Source: Phaeosaccion multiseriatum
Taxonomy: Eukaryota; Protista; Ochrophyta, other classes
Assembly (NCBI GenBank): GCA_965112735.1
Contig: OZ218964.1
Location: 2,356,001 to 2,420,000, forward strand
Direction: 5' to 3'
Length of the DNA stretch: 64,000 nt
The notes under the pieces were generated by a model. The model saw only the letters and a list, made by a program, of their open reading frames with translations. It did no database searches and was not told where the DNA came from. Both the position numbers and the translations under genes were made by a program. Position 1 is the stretch's first letter, and each line of letters opens with the position of its first letter. Shown piece after piece: positions 23,082-37,086 of this stretch.

Positions 23082-23285
23082 GGTGAGCAAGCGGCCCCTC
23101 CCTTGAGACGGTAGTGCTGACAAGGGGGCTACAGAAGGCCCTCTCCCTGCTGCACCTGCCGTGCAGTAGTCGGTCGCTCTGCCTTTCTTATCAGGCCTCC
23201 CCGTTATATGATTAGTTATGGAGGCCTCTGAAGGCATTGGGTTTGGTGATCCGATTCACAGATCCCGATCCCAGGGGGGGGGGAC

Positions 23286-26200
23286 TTCCTGCGAGAGCAA
23301 GCAGAGCAGGGTGAGAAGGAGAAGGGCAAGCAGGAGCAGGAGCCGCTGTATGGACTCCTCTCCCTCCCGCGAGACCAGCGGAGCCCTTCACCTTCTCCCC
23401 CCTTCTCCTGCAGGGCCTGGGCATCAGCACTCCCTCCCCCGGTACGGTTCGGCTCTTCCAGCACCCCTGGACCGATTCCGAGGGCCTGACCCCGTGGAGC
23501 ACCACGAATGCTGAGGTGAGTGGTGGCGACTGCGTGAGGGGTGCGTGAGCGAGCCAAGCTGTGAGGCCCCTGCTTTCGGCTAGATACAGCCTCACCTCCT
23601 CTTTAGGAGAGCTCCACTCGCCCACTCGCTTCCCCTCCCCCGCCCACCCCACCTTTCATACCCCATATCCCACACCCCCACAGCCGCTCAAACTCGTTCA
23701 TTCTCCGGGCAGACAGGAGCTCCGCGTCGTCAGCGGGAGAAGGAAAGGGAGAAGGAGACGGGGTGGGTAGCCGCATGCTGTCGCGAGGAGAGCATGTAGA
23801 CGAACTCGAAACCGAACTCGATGCCGATGCCGATGTCAATGTCGATGTGGAAGGCGCGCCCCTGGAGGAAGCAGGGGTGAGGGATGCCTCGTCCTCCTTC
23901 TCCTCTTCCTCCCACGCGGCCTTGTTGCAGCGCATGGGTCTCGCGATACCCAACTTTGACCGTGTGCAGCAGTATGAAGACCTGCAGCGGGAGCCGGAGA
24001 TGCTCAGGGGGGAGGAGGAGAAGGACTGCGCAGGAGGAGGGAGGACCCGAGCGACTAGAGGGGAGGGCTCTAGGCGGGGACAGACGACTCGGCCTGCCAG
24101 CACTCGGCCTCGGATGGAGGGGGGCGCCGGGCAGACCCAGGGGGGGGCAGGGTGAGCAGGTACGGAAGGCAGCAAGTGGCTGTAGATGAAAGTTGAGGGC
24201 TGAAGGCTGAATGACAGCATGACGGCAGCTGTCAAGGCCGAGTGGGGATGGAGGGGGTCCCTCTTTCTCCCCTCTCTCTTGCTCTCGTCACCTGCCTCTC
24301 TCTCTCCCACCTTTCCTCCCTCCCTCTCTCGCTCTCCTTTCCTCCCTCCCCCTCCCTCTGTCCGTGGGCCACAGACGCGTACACCGCTCTGTTTCGACAG
24401 CAGGCCAGGCAGCGCTCGCAGCGCCCGCGTCATGAAGAGGCGGAACGAACAGCGGCAGTAGCAGCAGCAGAGGGGGCAAGGGCGGCAGAGAGGGAGGGCT
24501 GCTGATGCTGGGGGCGGCAGCGGTTCTGCAGCAACAGCGGCACTCCGGCCAAGCCTCTGTGGGGAGGGAGGGGAGGGAGGGAGGAAGAGACTTGGTGATA
24601 CAGAGGGAGGGAGTGAGCGAGTGCGAGAGAGCGGGGGTGAAAGTGCGAGGGAGTTGAATTGGTGCAGGAGGAAGTGAGGGAGCGAGAGCGGGGGGGGGGG
24701 GGGGGAGGAAGAAGGGTAGCAGCGCCGCCAGCATGGCAGTGAGGTCTCGCAACAGAGAAGACAGCGACGTGTGTATTGAATGAATAATTGATGCCCTCGC
24801 ACCCCGTACCCGGTCCCACGTGTGCTCTGCCGCTCTGCCGCACCATTCATGTCTGCTCAATCCTGCTCCACACGGTTCTACACCCCTCCTTTCTACTCCC
24901 CATCTCTCGTCCCAAAGGCCAAGCTTCGGAGTCGTCGGGAGAAGCAGCAGCAGCGGCGAGCAGAGGCCATCACAATGACAGGCGTGGTTGGATCCAGCAC
25001 GGCCAGGGAAGGAGCAAGGACAGTGACGGCTGCTGCTGCTGTACCACCAACAGTTGTATCTCGAGACGATGTGCTAGAGTGGGATACGCAGATGGAGATG
25101 GCACTGAACAGGAGGGCAGAGCTCGTCGAGGGCGGCAGGATGTTCGCCGTCAATGGAAGGTGAGGGGGGAGGAGGGAGGAAGGGGTGAGGGAGGGAGGGA
25201 GGGAGGGAGATGGCAGAGGATGGAGTATGCTATGGATCCAACGCACAAGGAGAGGGACCGACGAAACGATGGAGTGACTCCCCGCAGCACGGTGGTGCGC
25301 TCTGCTCTACCCCTAATGACATATGCTTCCTCCCTGCCTCCTTCCTTCCTTCCTTCCTTCCTTCCTTCCTTCCTTCCTTCCTTCCACTCATTGACTTAGC
25401 GTTCACTCTGACGACCTCCCCTCCCCTCTCTTCTCTCTCTCTCTCCACCCTCTCCTCCCTCTCCTCCCCCTCCCCGCTGTCCACCCTTTCTCCCGTTTCT
25501 CCCCTGCTGCCAGGGAACAAGTACGCATCATCGAAGAAGATCCTTCGCCGCCACCACCGGAGCGCCTTCCTTGCACAGAGACCGTTCCAGATGGGACAGC
25601 CGGATGCAACAGTGTGGACCCGCCCCCTTGGAGTCAACGCGGAGCGGTCTGCGATCGTTCCGGGCCTCGCGATCCCCCGGGGTGGAGGGGAGGGGGCGGG
25701 AGGAGGATACGTTGGGTGGAGCGCCAGGGGGAGGGGGGAGCATGAGCCATCGAAGCGTTCTCAACCTCGCCATTGGGGAGGGGGGGAGGGGAAGCTCTGT
25801 CTATGGCTCAAACACTCAGGAGGAGGAGGAGGAGGAGGAGGGGGGCGTCACAAATGGCTTCAGTACCACCACACCAGGAGAGGGAGAGGGGGCTGGGAGG
25901 GGAGGGCAAGGTATTGGACTTGGGGGATCAGCAGAGGCCCATTGGAAGCCCCGTCACAGGGACGGGCAGGAGAGAGGAGGAGGAAGTATCATTGGTGGTA
26001 GTGGTGGTGGTGGCGGGGTTGGTGTTAGGCCAGAGTCAGCCCCTGTGAGTCGGGGGGGGAGGGAAGGCGGGGGTAGCGGGGGAGAGGAGGGAGGGACACC
26101 GCGAGCGAGGGTAGCAGGAGGAGGGGCAAGAGGAGGAGTAGGAGGAAGAGGATGAGGAAGTGGAGGAAGAGGCAGGCACGGCAGGTAGACGAGGAACCCA
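23286..26200 (+). pseudogene. Copy of plus-strand gene relic
   Basis: Colinear with 4205-7180; small deletion at ~24259. Confidence 0.4.
25340..25385. repeat. (TTCC)n microsatellite
   Basis: Direct reading. Confidence 0.95.
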
Positions 26201-26203
26201 TCC

Positions 26204-26281
26204 TCACTCACTCACTCACTCACTCACTCACTCACTCACTCACTCACTCACTCACTCACTCACTCACTCACCCACTCACTC
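26204..26281. repeat. (ACTC)n microsatellite
   Basis: Direct reading; short versions at ~7186, ~12530, ~55257. Confidence 0.95.
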
Positions 26282-27162
26282 ATGCACCACGTATTCACTT
26301 TCTGTATTCTATAAGCGAAGTCCAGAGAGCAAATGCAATACACATGCTTCTCCAAGGTCGAGAGGCAAGCAGCAAGATTCACAGATGGATACAATTGCGG
26401 CACTCCGTATCCACTGCCTCCCCGCTACTCTCTTCCGTCCGCTGGGAAACATGGCTCACCCGTACGCTTCTATCTGATCCCCACTTGATATTGCCGAGGG
26501 GGCAGAAATAGAGACCAAGAAGTAGCAGAGCACTGTGGAAGTCACTGAGTACCAGCTCATCTTGTTAGTTTACGTAATCTTTCGTAATAGCAAAGTGTTT
26601 CATCAGTCACTGAGTACGCGTAGACTCGATTGGGCGGTGCCTGCCTTTTGCCTCCACACGAGCACAACCCCCGCCTAGGACCTGGCGTTCACCTTCACCA
26701 CTCTGTGCTTAGCAGGGCAGTACCCATCTCTAATAATCTATGACTACTTGCTGTGCCCGCATGCCCCACCCAGGAAGGAAGCCCTCGGCCTCTATCCATC
26801 GGGATTACACTCTCCCCCCTCTAAACGAGCTGACCTTCCCTCTCACCCCCCCCCCCCTCAAGCTATACACTTCATCCATTGGTCCCTTAAGCTACACACG
26901 TCACTCCCCTCCCCCCCGGACCCCCTACCTCCTGTACTCCGACTCCTCTCTGCGACAGAGCATCGCAATCACTTCACCGCTCTTACACCAAGCCAGTGTG
27001 CCGTGGGCTGTCTCTGTCTCGCATCGCATCCTCATGTACAGGCTCACTCGCATGGGCTGCATGACTGGCTGGTGCAAGCGAGCAAGCTGGAGCGGTTCTC
27101 TTTCGTTGCCAAAGTCGTCACTGCCCCTAGCAGCCCCCACCTCACACATCCCTCCTACTCGC

Positions 27163-28951
27163 TCAGCTCATCTCCTCCGCCATGCTCTCCCACGTCTCGC
27201 TCCCCACACTCCAGGGCCTCTCCAGCGGCAGGACTCCGCTCTCCTTGCCGAAGGTCGGATCCGTCCTTCGCATGAGGTCCAGCGCGGTTTGGGACCGGAA
27301 GAAGGCTGCTGCCGCCTCCATAAGTCGCTGCTCAATGTCCCGGCCGAGCTGCCACCGCCGTGCCCCAGCCAAGGCCTTGTCCACCGAAGCACCGGCCGAG
27401 AGGAGCTGCCGCGCAGTCCCGTGGTGGCCTGTGTAGATGGCATAAAGGAGGGGGGTGCCACCGTGTGATGTCGTGGTATCGATGGGGGATCCCGCAGAGA
27501 CGAGACGAGCGACGACGGCCTCGTGCCCACTCTCCGCGGCAAGGTGGAGGGGTGAAGCGCCGAAGCTGGTTCGTTTGTCCACACGTGCTCCCGCTGAGAG
27601 AAGCTTCTCCACCACGGCGTCGTGCCCTTTCTCACAGGCAAGGTGAAGAGGAGTAGCACCTTGGAAGTCAGCCTTGTCGATACTGGCGTGGGCGCTGATG
27701 AGCTGCTGTACGATGCCCGCATGCCCATATCGGGATGCCTGCAGAAGCGGAGTAGCCCCGATATTATCTGCGTTGTCCACATCCGCTTGGGCTGAGATGA
27801 GGTGCCTTACAACAAAGCCATGTCCGTTCTGAGCGGCAAGCCAAATCGGAGAGAAGCCCTGCTTCTCCGCCAAGTCGACGTTAGCGCGCGCCGAAAGCAG
27901 CTGCTGCACTGTCGTGGAGTGCCCCCTATCTGATGCTGCAATCAAGGGAGTAGCACCCTGGAGGTCAGCCTTGTCGATGCTGGCGTGGGCCCTGATGAGC
28001 TGCTGTACGATGCCCGCATGCCCTTTGGACGATGCCTGGTGAAGCGGAGTAATCCCGAGATTATCTGCGTTGTCCACATCCGCTTGGGCTGAGATGAGGT
28101 GCCTTACAACAGAGCCATGTCCGTTCTGAGAGGCCATCCAAATCGGAGAAGAACCGTCTCCCGCTGCCAAGTCGACACTAGCACGCGCCAAGAGCAGCTG
28201 CTGCACTGTCGTGGAGTGCCCCCTTTCTGATGCTGCAATCAAGGGAGTAAGTCCTCTGGCACCCGCTTGGTCGACAGGGGCTCCAATGTCCAACAGCCGC
28301 CTCACCACCTGATCGCGTCCGTTGCCGCTAGCTATTATCAATGGCGTGTCTCCGACGAGCCCGCATGTGGTGCGGAAGGAGGCCCCTTCCCGCAGCAGCA
28401 GGTCCATGACATCCAGCCGATCGTATTGTGCAGCCCTATACATTGCGGTATATCCTTCTTCGTCGATAAGCTGATCCAAACTCGCTTTGCCATGTTTGGC
28501 GATGAGCTTCCCAACCACCGCTCTCACATTGGGGAAGCTCTCCCCTCTGACCAGGGCCTGCCCCAGCCGCCGCGCCTGGTGTTGTTGAGGGAAACGATGT
28601 CGGGGGGGAGAGGCGCACATGCATAGGATAAAAAGATCAACGGGAAGCTGCTCATTGCTTCGATACGTGCGCATCCCACCTCAGGGATCGTATCCGCAAA
28701 GCCCCCCCCTCGCTTTGCTCTCTCCGAAACACAGAGTCCATCTATTTCCTCAAAGCGGGGGAGAGGCCCATACACCGGATGAAAAGGGATCAACGGAGAG
28801 CTTCCCACTGCGTCGACACGTGAGCTTCCCATCGCAGCTTCCGTATCCACACAAGGACCCTCGCCATGCTCTATTCTTTCCTAAGGACACCGTCTTATAG
28901 GAGGGCGCTAGGTCGTACCTCGGGCGTTAACGTTGCCTGCTGCTGCGCCAT
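27163..28951 (-). CDS. Ankyrin-repeat protein, copy 7 (11 ANK; internal 297-nt duplication); exon1 28919-28951, exon2 27163-28575
   Basis: ORF 27163..28674; exon2 1413 nt = 1116+297; repeats 3-5 present twice. Confidence 0.9.
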
Positions 28952-29156
28952 GGTGAGCAAGCGGCCCCTCCCTTGAGACGGTAGTGCTGACAAGGGGGCT
29001 ACGGAAGACCCTCTCCCTGCTGCGCCTGCTGTCAGTAATCGGTTGCTCTGCCTTTCTTATCAGGCCTCCCCGTGATATGTTTAGTTATGGAGGCCTCTGA
29101 AGGCATTGGGTTTGGTGATCCGATTCACAGATCCCGATCCCAGGGGGGGGGGGACT

Positions 29157-31755
29157 TCCTGCGAGAGCAAGCAGAGCAGGGGACAAGCAGGAGCAGGAGC
29201 CGCTGTATGGACTCCTCTCCCCCCCGCGAGACCAGCGGAGCCCTTCACCTCCTCCCCCCTTCTCCTGCAGGGCCTGGGCATCAGCACTCCCTCCCCCGGT
29301 ACGGCTCTGCCCTTCCAGCACCCCTGGACCGATTCCGAGGGCCTGGCCCCGTGGTGCACCACGAATGCTGAGGTGAGTGGAGATGGTGGCGACTGCGTGA
29401 GGGGTGCGTGAGCGAGCCAAGCTGTGAGCCCCCTGCTTTCGGCTAGATACAGCCTCACCTGCTCTTGAGGAGAGCTCCACTCGCCCACTCCCTTCCCCTC
29501 CCCCGCCCACCCCACCTCCCAAACCCCATATCCCACACACCCACAGCCGCTCAAGCTCGTTCATTCTCCGGGCAGACAGGAGCTCCGCGTCGTCAGCGGG
29601 AGAAGGAAAGGGAGAAGGAGAGGGGGTGGGTAGCCGTACGCCGTCGCGAGGAGAGCATGTAGACGAACTCGAAACCGAACTCGATGCCGATGCCGATGTC
29701 AATGTCGATGTGGAAGGCGCGCCCCTGGGGGAAGCAGGGGTGAGGGATGCCTCCATCTCCTTGTCCTATTCCTCCCACGCGGCCTTGTTGCGGCGCATGG
29801 GTCTCGCGATACCCAACTTTGACCGTGTGCAGCAGTATGAAGACCTGCAGCGGGAGCTGGAGATGCTCAGGGGGGAGGAGGAGAAGGACTACGCAGGAGG
29901 AGGGAGGACCCGAGCGACTAGAGGGGAGGGGCTCTCGGCGGGGACAGACGACTCAGCCTGCCAGCGCTCGGCCTCGGATGGAGGGGGGCGCCGGGCAGAC
30001 CCAGGGGGGGCAGGGTGAGCAGGTACGGAAGGAAGCAAGTGGCTGTAGATAAAAGCTGAGGGCTGAAGGCTGAATGACAGCATGACAGCAGCTGTCAAGG
30101 CCGAGTGGGGATGAAGGGGGGTCGGTACCAGGATGTTGGGGGGGCAAAGGCGCAAAGGTGCCAAGGAGGATGATCAACAATTGAGTCCCTTTCGCCCTTC
30201 TTTCTCTCTGTCGCTCTCGCTCTCTCTGATCTCTCTCTCTCTCGCTTTCTCTCCCTCCTTCTCCCTCTCTCTCCCCTCTCTCTCGCTCGCGTCACCTGTC
30301 TCTCTCTCTCCCACCTTTCCTCCCTCCCTCTCTCTTTCTCTCCCCCCCCCCCTTCCCCTCCCTCCGTCCGTGGGCCACAGACGCGTACACCGCTCTGTTT
30401 CGACAGCAGGCCAGGCAGCGCTCGAACGGCGTCAGCAGCGCAGAGGGGGTAAGCGCGGCAGAGAGGGAGGGCTGCTGATGCGGGGGGCGGCGGCAGTTCT
30501 GCAGCAACAGCGGCAATCCGGCGAAGCCTCTGCGGTGAGGGAGGGGAGGCAGGGAGGGAGGGAGCTGGTGATACAGAGGGAGGGAGTGTGCGAGGCAGAG
30601 AGAGCGGGGGTGAAAGCGCGAGGGAGTTGAATTGGAGCGGGAGGAAGTGAGGGAGCGAGAGCTGGGGGGGGGGGAGGGAGGAAGAAGGGTAGCAGCGCCG
30701 CCAGCATGGCAGTGAGGTCTCGCAACAGAGAAGACAGCGACGTGTGTATTGAATGAGTATTTGATGCCCTCGCACCCCGTACCCGGTCCCACGTGTGCTC
30801 CGCTCCTCTGCCGCTCTGCCGCACCATTCATGTCTGCTCGATCCTGCTCTACGCGGCTCTGTCCCACTCCTTTCTACTCCCCATCTCTCATCCCAAAGGC
30901 TAAGCTTCGGAGTCGTCGGGAGAAGCAGCAGCGGCGAGCAGCAGCCATCGGGCGACGGGCGTGGTTATATCCAGCACTGCCAGAGGAGGAGCAAGGCCGG
31001 TGACGGCCGCTGCTGCTGTACCACCAACTGTTGTATCTCGAGACGATGTGCTAGAGTGGGATACGCAGATCGAGATGGCACTGAACAGGAGGGCAGAGCT
31101 CGTCGAGGGCGGCAGGATGTTCGCCGTCAATGGAAGGTGAGGGGGGAGGGGGGGTGAAGGAGTGAGGGAGGGAGGGAGGGAGGGAGGGAGGGGGTGAGGG
31201 AGGGGGTGAGGGAGGGGGTGAGGGAGGGAAGGAGGGACCGAAAGAGGGGATGGAGGGATCAAACGATGGGGCGACTCCCCGCAGCACCGTGGTGCGTTCT
31301 GCTCTACCCCTCTTGACATATGCTTCCTCCCTGCCTCCTTCCTTCCTTCCTTCCGTCCTTCCTTCCTTCCTTCCTTCCCTCCTTCCTTCCTTCCGTCCTT
31401 CCTTCCTTCCTCCCTTCCTTCCTCCCTACCTCCATCCTTCCTTCCTTCCTTCCTCCCTTCCTTCCTCCCTACCTCCATCCATCCTTCCTTTCTTTCTTCC
31501 TTCCTTCCTTCCTTCCTTCCTTCCTTCCTTCCTTCCTTCCTTCTTTCTTTCTTTCCTTCCACTCATTGACTTCGCGTTCACTCCGACGACCTTTCCTCCC
31601 CCTCTCTTCTCTTCTCCACCCTCTCCACCCTCTCCTCCACCTCCTCTCTGTCCACGCTTCCTTCCCTTTCTCCCCTGCTGCCAGAGAATAAGTACGCATC
31701 ATCGAAGAAGACCCTTCCGCTGCCGCCACCGGAGCGCCTTCCTTGCACAGAGACC
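29157..31755 (+). pseudogene. Copy of plus-strand gene relic, 3'-truncated
   Basis: Near-identical to 15108-17684. Confidence 0.4.
31337..31560. repeat. (TTCC)n microsatellite, interrupted
   Basis: Direct reading. Confidence 0.95.
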
Positions 31756-31788
31756 GCTCTGCCTTTTGTTAGGCTCCCAGCGATATGT

Positions 31789-31998
31789 TTAGTTATGGAG
31801 GCCTCTGAAGGCATTGGGTTTGGTGATCCGATTCACAGATCCCGATCCCAGGGGGGGGGGGAGATCCTTAGCTGGACGAGAGGGCAGAGGCTATGCTGAG
31901 TGCGCACAGACGCGACCGCGCAGCTGCTGCCTAGATGAGCGGTGCCTGCCTTTTGCCTCCACACGAGCACAACCCCCGCCTAGGACCTGGCGTTCACC
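31789..31998 (-). mobile_element. Short retroelement remnant (hub plus Zn-knuckle segment)
   Basis: Near-identical to 17719-17927. Confidence 0.6.
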
Positions 31999-32467
31999 TT
32001 TATAATTGTGGGTTTGGCAGGGCAATACCCTTCTCTAATACGCTACGACTCTTTACTGTACCCGCATGCCCCACCCAGGAAGGAAGCCCTCGGCCTCTAT
32101 CCATCGGGATTACACTCTCCCCCTTTCAAATGAGCTGACCCTCCCTCTCACCCCCCCCCCCTCAAGCTATACACTTCAACCATTGGTCCCATAAGCTACA
32201 CACGTGACTCCCCTCCCCCCCCCGGACCCCCATCCTCCTGCTGTACTCCGACTCCTCTCTGCGACAGAGCATCGCAATCACTTCACCGCTCTTACACCAG
32301 GCCAGTGTGCCGTGGGCTGTCTCTCTCTCGCATCGCATCCTGATGTACAGGCTCACTCGCATGGGCTGCATGACTGGTGCAAGCGAGCAAGCTGGAGCGG
32401 TAGTCTTTCGTTGCCAAAGTCCTCGTTGCCCCTACCAGCCCCCACCTCGCACATCCCTCCTACTCGC

Positions 32468-33969
32468 TCAGCCCATCTCCTCCGCCATGCTCTCCCACGT
32501 CTCGCTCCCCACACTCCAGGGCCTCTCCAGCGGCAGGATTCTGCTCTCCTTGCCGAAGGTCGGATCCGTCCTTCGCATGAGGTCCAGCGCGGTTTGGGAC
32601 CGGAAGAAGGCTGCTGCCGCCTCCATAAGTCGCTGCTCAATGTCCCGGCCGAGCTGATTCCGCCGTGCCCCAGCCAAGGCCTTGTCCACCGAAGCACCGG
32701 CCGAGAGGAGCTGCCACGCTATCCCGTGCTGGTCATTGTGGATGGCAGCAAGGAGAGGAGTCATACCGTTTGCTGTCGTCGTATCGATGGGGGATCCCGC
32801 AGAGATGAGACGAGCGACGGCGGCCTCGCGCCTATTGTACGCTGCAAGGTAGATGGCTGAAGCGCCAATGTTGGTTCGTTTGTCCACACGTGCTCCCGCA
32901 GAAAGAAGCTTCTCCACCACGGCGTCGTGTCCCTGTAGAGAGGCACCGTGAAGAGGAGTGGAACCTTCGAGGTCAGCCTTGTCGATGCTGGCGTGGGCCC
33001 AGATGAGCTGCTGTACGATGCCCGCATGCCCATTAATCGATGCCGCCAGAAGCGGAGTAGCCCCGAGATAATTTGCGTGGTTCACATCCGCTTGGGCTGA
33101 GATGAGGTGCCTTACAATAGATCCATGTCCTTTCTGAGAGGCATACCAAATCGGAGAACAACCGCGTTCCTCCGCCAAGTCGACGTTAGCACGCGCCGAG
33201 AGCAGCTGCTGCACTGTCGTAGAGTGCCCCATTACTGATGCTACAATCAAGGGAGTAGCGCCTGTGGCATCCACTTGGTCGACAGGGGCTCCAATGTCCA
33301 ACAGCCGCCTCACCACCTGATCGCGTCCGTTGCCGCTAGATACTATCAATGGCGTGTCTCCGACGAGCCCGCATCTGGTGCGGAAGGAGGCCCCTTCCCG
33401 CAGCAGAAAGTCCATGACATCCAGCCGACCGTGTTGTGCAGCCCTCAACATTGCGGTGTATCCTTCTTCGTCGACAGGCTGATCCAAACTCGCTTTGCCA
33501 TGTTTGGCGATGAGCTTGGTAACCAGCGCTCTCACAGTGGGGAAGCTGTCTTCTCTGTCCAGGGCCTGCCCCAGCCGCCGCGCCTTGTGTGGTTGAGGAA
33601 AACGATGTCAGGGGGGAGAGGCGCACATGCATAGGATGAAAGGATCAACAAGAAGCTACTGACTACTTCGATACATGCGTATCCCACCACCTCAGGGATC
33701 GTATCCGAAAAGCCCCCCCTCGCTTTGCTCACTCCGAAACATAGTCAGAGTCCATCTATTTCCTCAAAGCGGGGGAGAGGCCCATACACCGGATGAAAAG
33801 GGATCAACGGAGAGCTTCCCACTGCGTCGACACGTGAGCTTCCCACCGCAGCTTCCGTATCCACACAAGGACCCTCTCTATGCTCTATTCTTTCCTAAGG
33901 ATATCACATCTCATATAGGAGGGCGCTAGGTCGTACCTCGGGCGTCAACGTTGCCTGCTGCTGCGCCAT
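32468..33969 (-). CDS. Ankyrin-repeat protein, copy 8; exon1 33937-33969, exon2 32468-33583
   Basis: ORF 32468..33535; the upstream TGA is intronic; acceptor is AAG rather than CAG. Confidence 0.85.
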
Positions 33970-34176
33970 GGTGAGCAAGCGGCCCCTCCCTTGAGACGGT
34001 AGTGCTGACAAGGGGGCTACAGGAGGCCTTCTCCCTGCTGCGCCTGCTGTGCAGTAGTTCGTCGCTCTGTCTTTTGTATCAGGCCTCCTCCCGCTGATAT
34101 GTTTAGTTATGGAGGCCTCTGAAGGCATTGGGTTTGGTGATCCGATTCACAGATCCCGATCCCAGGGGGGGGGGAC

Positions 34177-36842
34177 TTCCTGCGAGAGCAAGCAGAGCAG
34201 GGTACCAGCAGGAGCAGGAGCCGCTGTATGGACTCCTCTCCCTCCCGCGAGACCAGCGGAGCCCTTCACCTTCTCCCCCCTTCTCCTGCAGGGCCTGGGC
34301 ATCAGCACTCCCTCCCCCGGTACGGCTCTGCCCTTCCAGCACCCCTAGACCGATTCAGAGGGCCTGGCCCCGTGGTGCACCACGAATGCTGAGGTGAGTG
34401 GTGGCGACTGCGTGAGGGGTGCGTGAGCGAGCCAAGCTGTGAGCCCCCTGCTTTCGGCTAGCTACAGCCTCACCTCCTCTTCAGGAGAGCTCCACTCGCC
34501 CACTCGCTTCCCCTCCCCCGCCCACCCCACCTCCCATACCCCATATCCCACACCCCCACAGCCGCTCAAACTCGTTCATTCTCCGGGCAGACAGGAGCTC
34601 CGCGTCGTCAGCGGGAGAAGGAAAGGGGGTGAGTAGCCGCATGCCGTCGCGAGGAGAGCATGTAGACGAACTCGAAACCGAACTCGATGCCGATGCGATG
34701 TCAATGTCGATGTGGAAGGCGCGCCCCTGGGGGAAGCAGGGGTGAGGGGTGCCTCCATCTCCTTGTCCTCTTCCTCCCACGCTGCCTTGTTGCAGCGAAT
34801 GGGTCTCGCGATACCCAACTTTCACCGTGTGCAGCAGTATGAAGACCTGCAGCGGGAGCTGGAGATGCTCAGGGGGGAGGAGGAGAAGGACTACGCAGGA
34901 GGAGGGAGGACCCGAGCGACTAGAGGGGAGGGCTCTCGGCGGGGACAGACGACTCGGCCTGCCAGCGCTCGGCCTCGGATGGAGGGGGGCGCCGGGCAGA
35001 CCCAGGAGGGGCAGGGTGAGCAGGAACGGAAGGAAGCAAGTGGCTGTAGATGAACGCTGAGGGCTGAAGGCTGAATGACAGCATGACAGCAGCTGTCAAG
35101 ACCGAGTGGGGATGAAGGGGGGTCGGTACGAGGATGTTGGGGGAGCAAAGGCGCAAAGGCGCCAAGGTGGATGATCAACTCTTCCTCTTCTTTCTTCTTT
35201 CTCTCTGTCCCTCTCTCTTTCGCTCTCGCTCTCTCTTATCTCTCTCTCTCGCTTTCTCTCCCTCTCTCTCCCTCCTTCTCCCTCTCTCTCTCGCTCTCGT
35301 CACCTGTCGCTCTCTCTCCCACCTTTCTTCCCTCCCTCCCTCCCTCCCTCTCGCTCCCTCCTTTCCTCCCTCCCCCTCCCTCTGTCCATGGGCCACAGAC
35401 GCGTACACCGCTCTGCTTCGACAGCAGGCCAGGCAGCGCTCGCAGCGCCCGCGTCATGAAGAGGCGGAACGAACAGCGGCAGCAGCAGCAGCAGAGGGGG
35501 TAAGCGCGGCAGAGAAGGAGGGCTGCTGATGCTGGGGGCGGCAGCGGTTCTGCAGCAACAGCGGCAATCCGGTCAAGCCGCTGCGGTGAGGGAGGGGAAG
35601 GAGGGAGGGAGGGGAGGGAGGGAGGGAGTTGGTGATACAGAGGGAGGGGGTGAGCGAGGCAGAGAAAGCGGGGGTGAAAGCGTGAGGGAGTTGAATTGGA
35701 GCGGGAGGAAGTGAGGGAGCGAGAGCGGGTGGGGGGGAGGGAGGAAGCAGGGTAGCAGCGCCGCCAGCATGGCAGTGAGGTCTCGCAACAGAGAAGACAG
35801 CGACGTGTGTATTGAATGAATAATTGATGCCCTCGCACCCCGTACCCGGTCCCACGTGTGCTCTGCTGCTCTGCCGCTCTGCCGCACCATTCATGTCTGC
35901 TCGATCCTGCTCTACGCGGCTCTGTCCCACTCCTTTCTACTCCCCATCTCTCATCCCAAAGGCTAAGCTTCGGAGTCGTCGGGAGAAGCAGCAGCGGCGA
36001 GCAGCAGCCATCGGGCGACGGGCGTGGTTATATCCAGCACTGCCAGAGGAGGAGCAAGGCCGGTGACGGCCGCTGCTGCTGTACCACCAACTGTTGTATC
36101 TCGAGACGATGTGCTAGAGTGGGATACGCAGATGGAGATGGCACTGAACAGGAGGGCAGAGCTCGTCGAGGGCGGCAGGATGTTCGCCGTCAATGGAAGG
36201 TGAGGGGGGAGGGGGGGTGAAGGAGTGAGGGAGGGAGGGAGGGAGGGAGGGGGTGAGGGAGGGGGTGAGGGAGGGAGGGAGGGAGGGAGGGACCGAAAGA
36301 GGGGATGGAGGGATCAAACGATGGGGCGACTCCCCGCAGCACCGTGGTGCGTTCTGCTCTACCCCTCTTGACATATGCTTCCTCCCTGCCTCCTTCCTTC
36401 CTTCCGTCCTTCCTTCCTTCCTTCCTTCCTTCCTTCCTTCCTTCCTTCCTTCCTTCCTTCCCTCCTTCCTTCCTTCCTTCCGTCCGTCCTTCCTTCCTTC
36501 CTTCCTCCCTTCCTTCCTCCCTACCTCCATCCTTCCTTCCTTCCTTCCTCCCTTCCTTCCTCCCTACCTCCATCCATCCTTCCTTTCTTTCTTCCTTCCT
36601 TCCTTCCTTCCTTCCTTCCTTTCTTCCTTCTTTCTTTCTTTCCTTCCACTCATTGACTTCGCGTTCACTCCGACGACCTTTCCTCCCCCTCTCTTCTCTT
36701 CTCCACCCTCTCCACCCTCTCCTCCCCCTCCTCTCTGTCCACGCTTCCTCCCCTTTCTCCCCTGCTGCCAGAGAACAAGTACGCATCATCGAAGAAGACC
36801 CTTCCGCTGCCGCCACCGGAGCGCCTTCCTTGCACAGAGACC
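34177..36842 (+). pseudogene. Copy of plus-strand gene relic, 3'-truncated
   Basis: Same truncation junction as 17685 and 31756. Confidence 0.4.
36392..36647. repeat. (TTCC)n microsatellite, interrupted
   Basis: Direct reading. Confidence 0.95.
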
Positions 36843-36875
36843 GCTCTGCCTTTTGTTAGGCTCCCAGCGATATGT

Positions 36876-37086
36876 TTAGTTATGGAGGCCTCTGAAGGCA
36901 TTGGGTTTGGTGATCCGATTCACAGATCCCGATCCCAGGGGGGGGGGGGAGATCCTTAGCTGGACGAGAGGGCAGAGGCTATGCTGAGTGCGCATAGACG
37001 CGACCGCGCAGCTGCTGCCTAGATGAGCGGTGCCTGCCTTTTGCCTCCACACGAGCACAACCCCCGCCTAGGACCTGGCGTTCACC
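36876..37086 (-). mobile_element. Short retroelement remnant (hub plus Zn-knuckle segment)
   Basis: Near-identical to 17719-17927. Confidence 0.6.

Noticed and set aside
26204-26281. CRISPR-like or telomeric repeat
   Set aside because: Simple (ACTC)n microsatellite without spacers; not a telomere motif I recognise.
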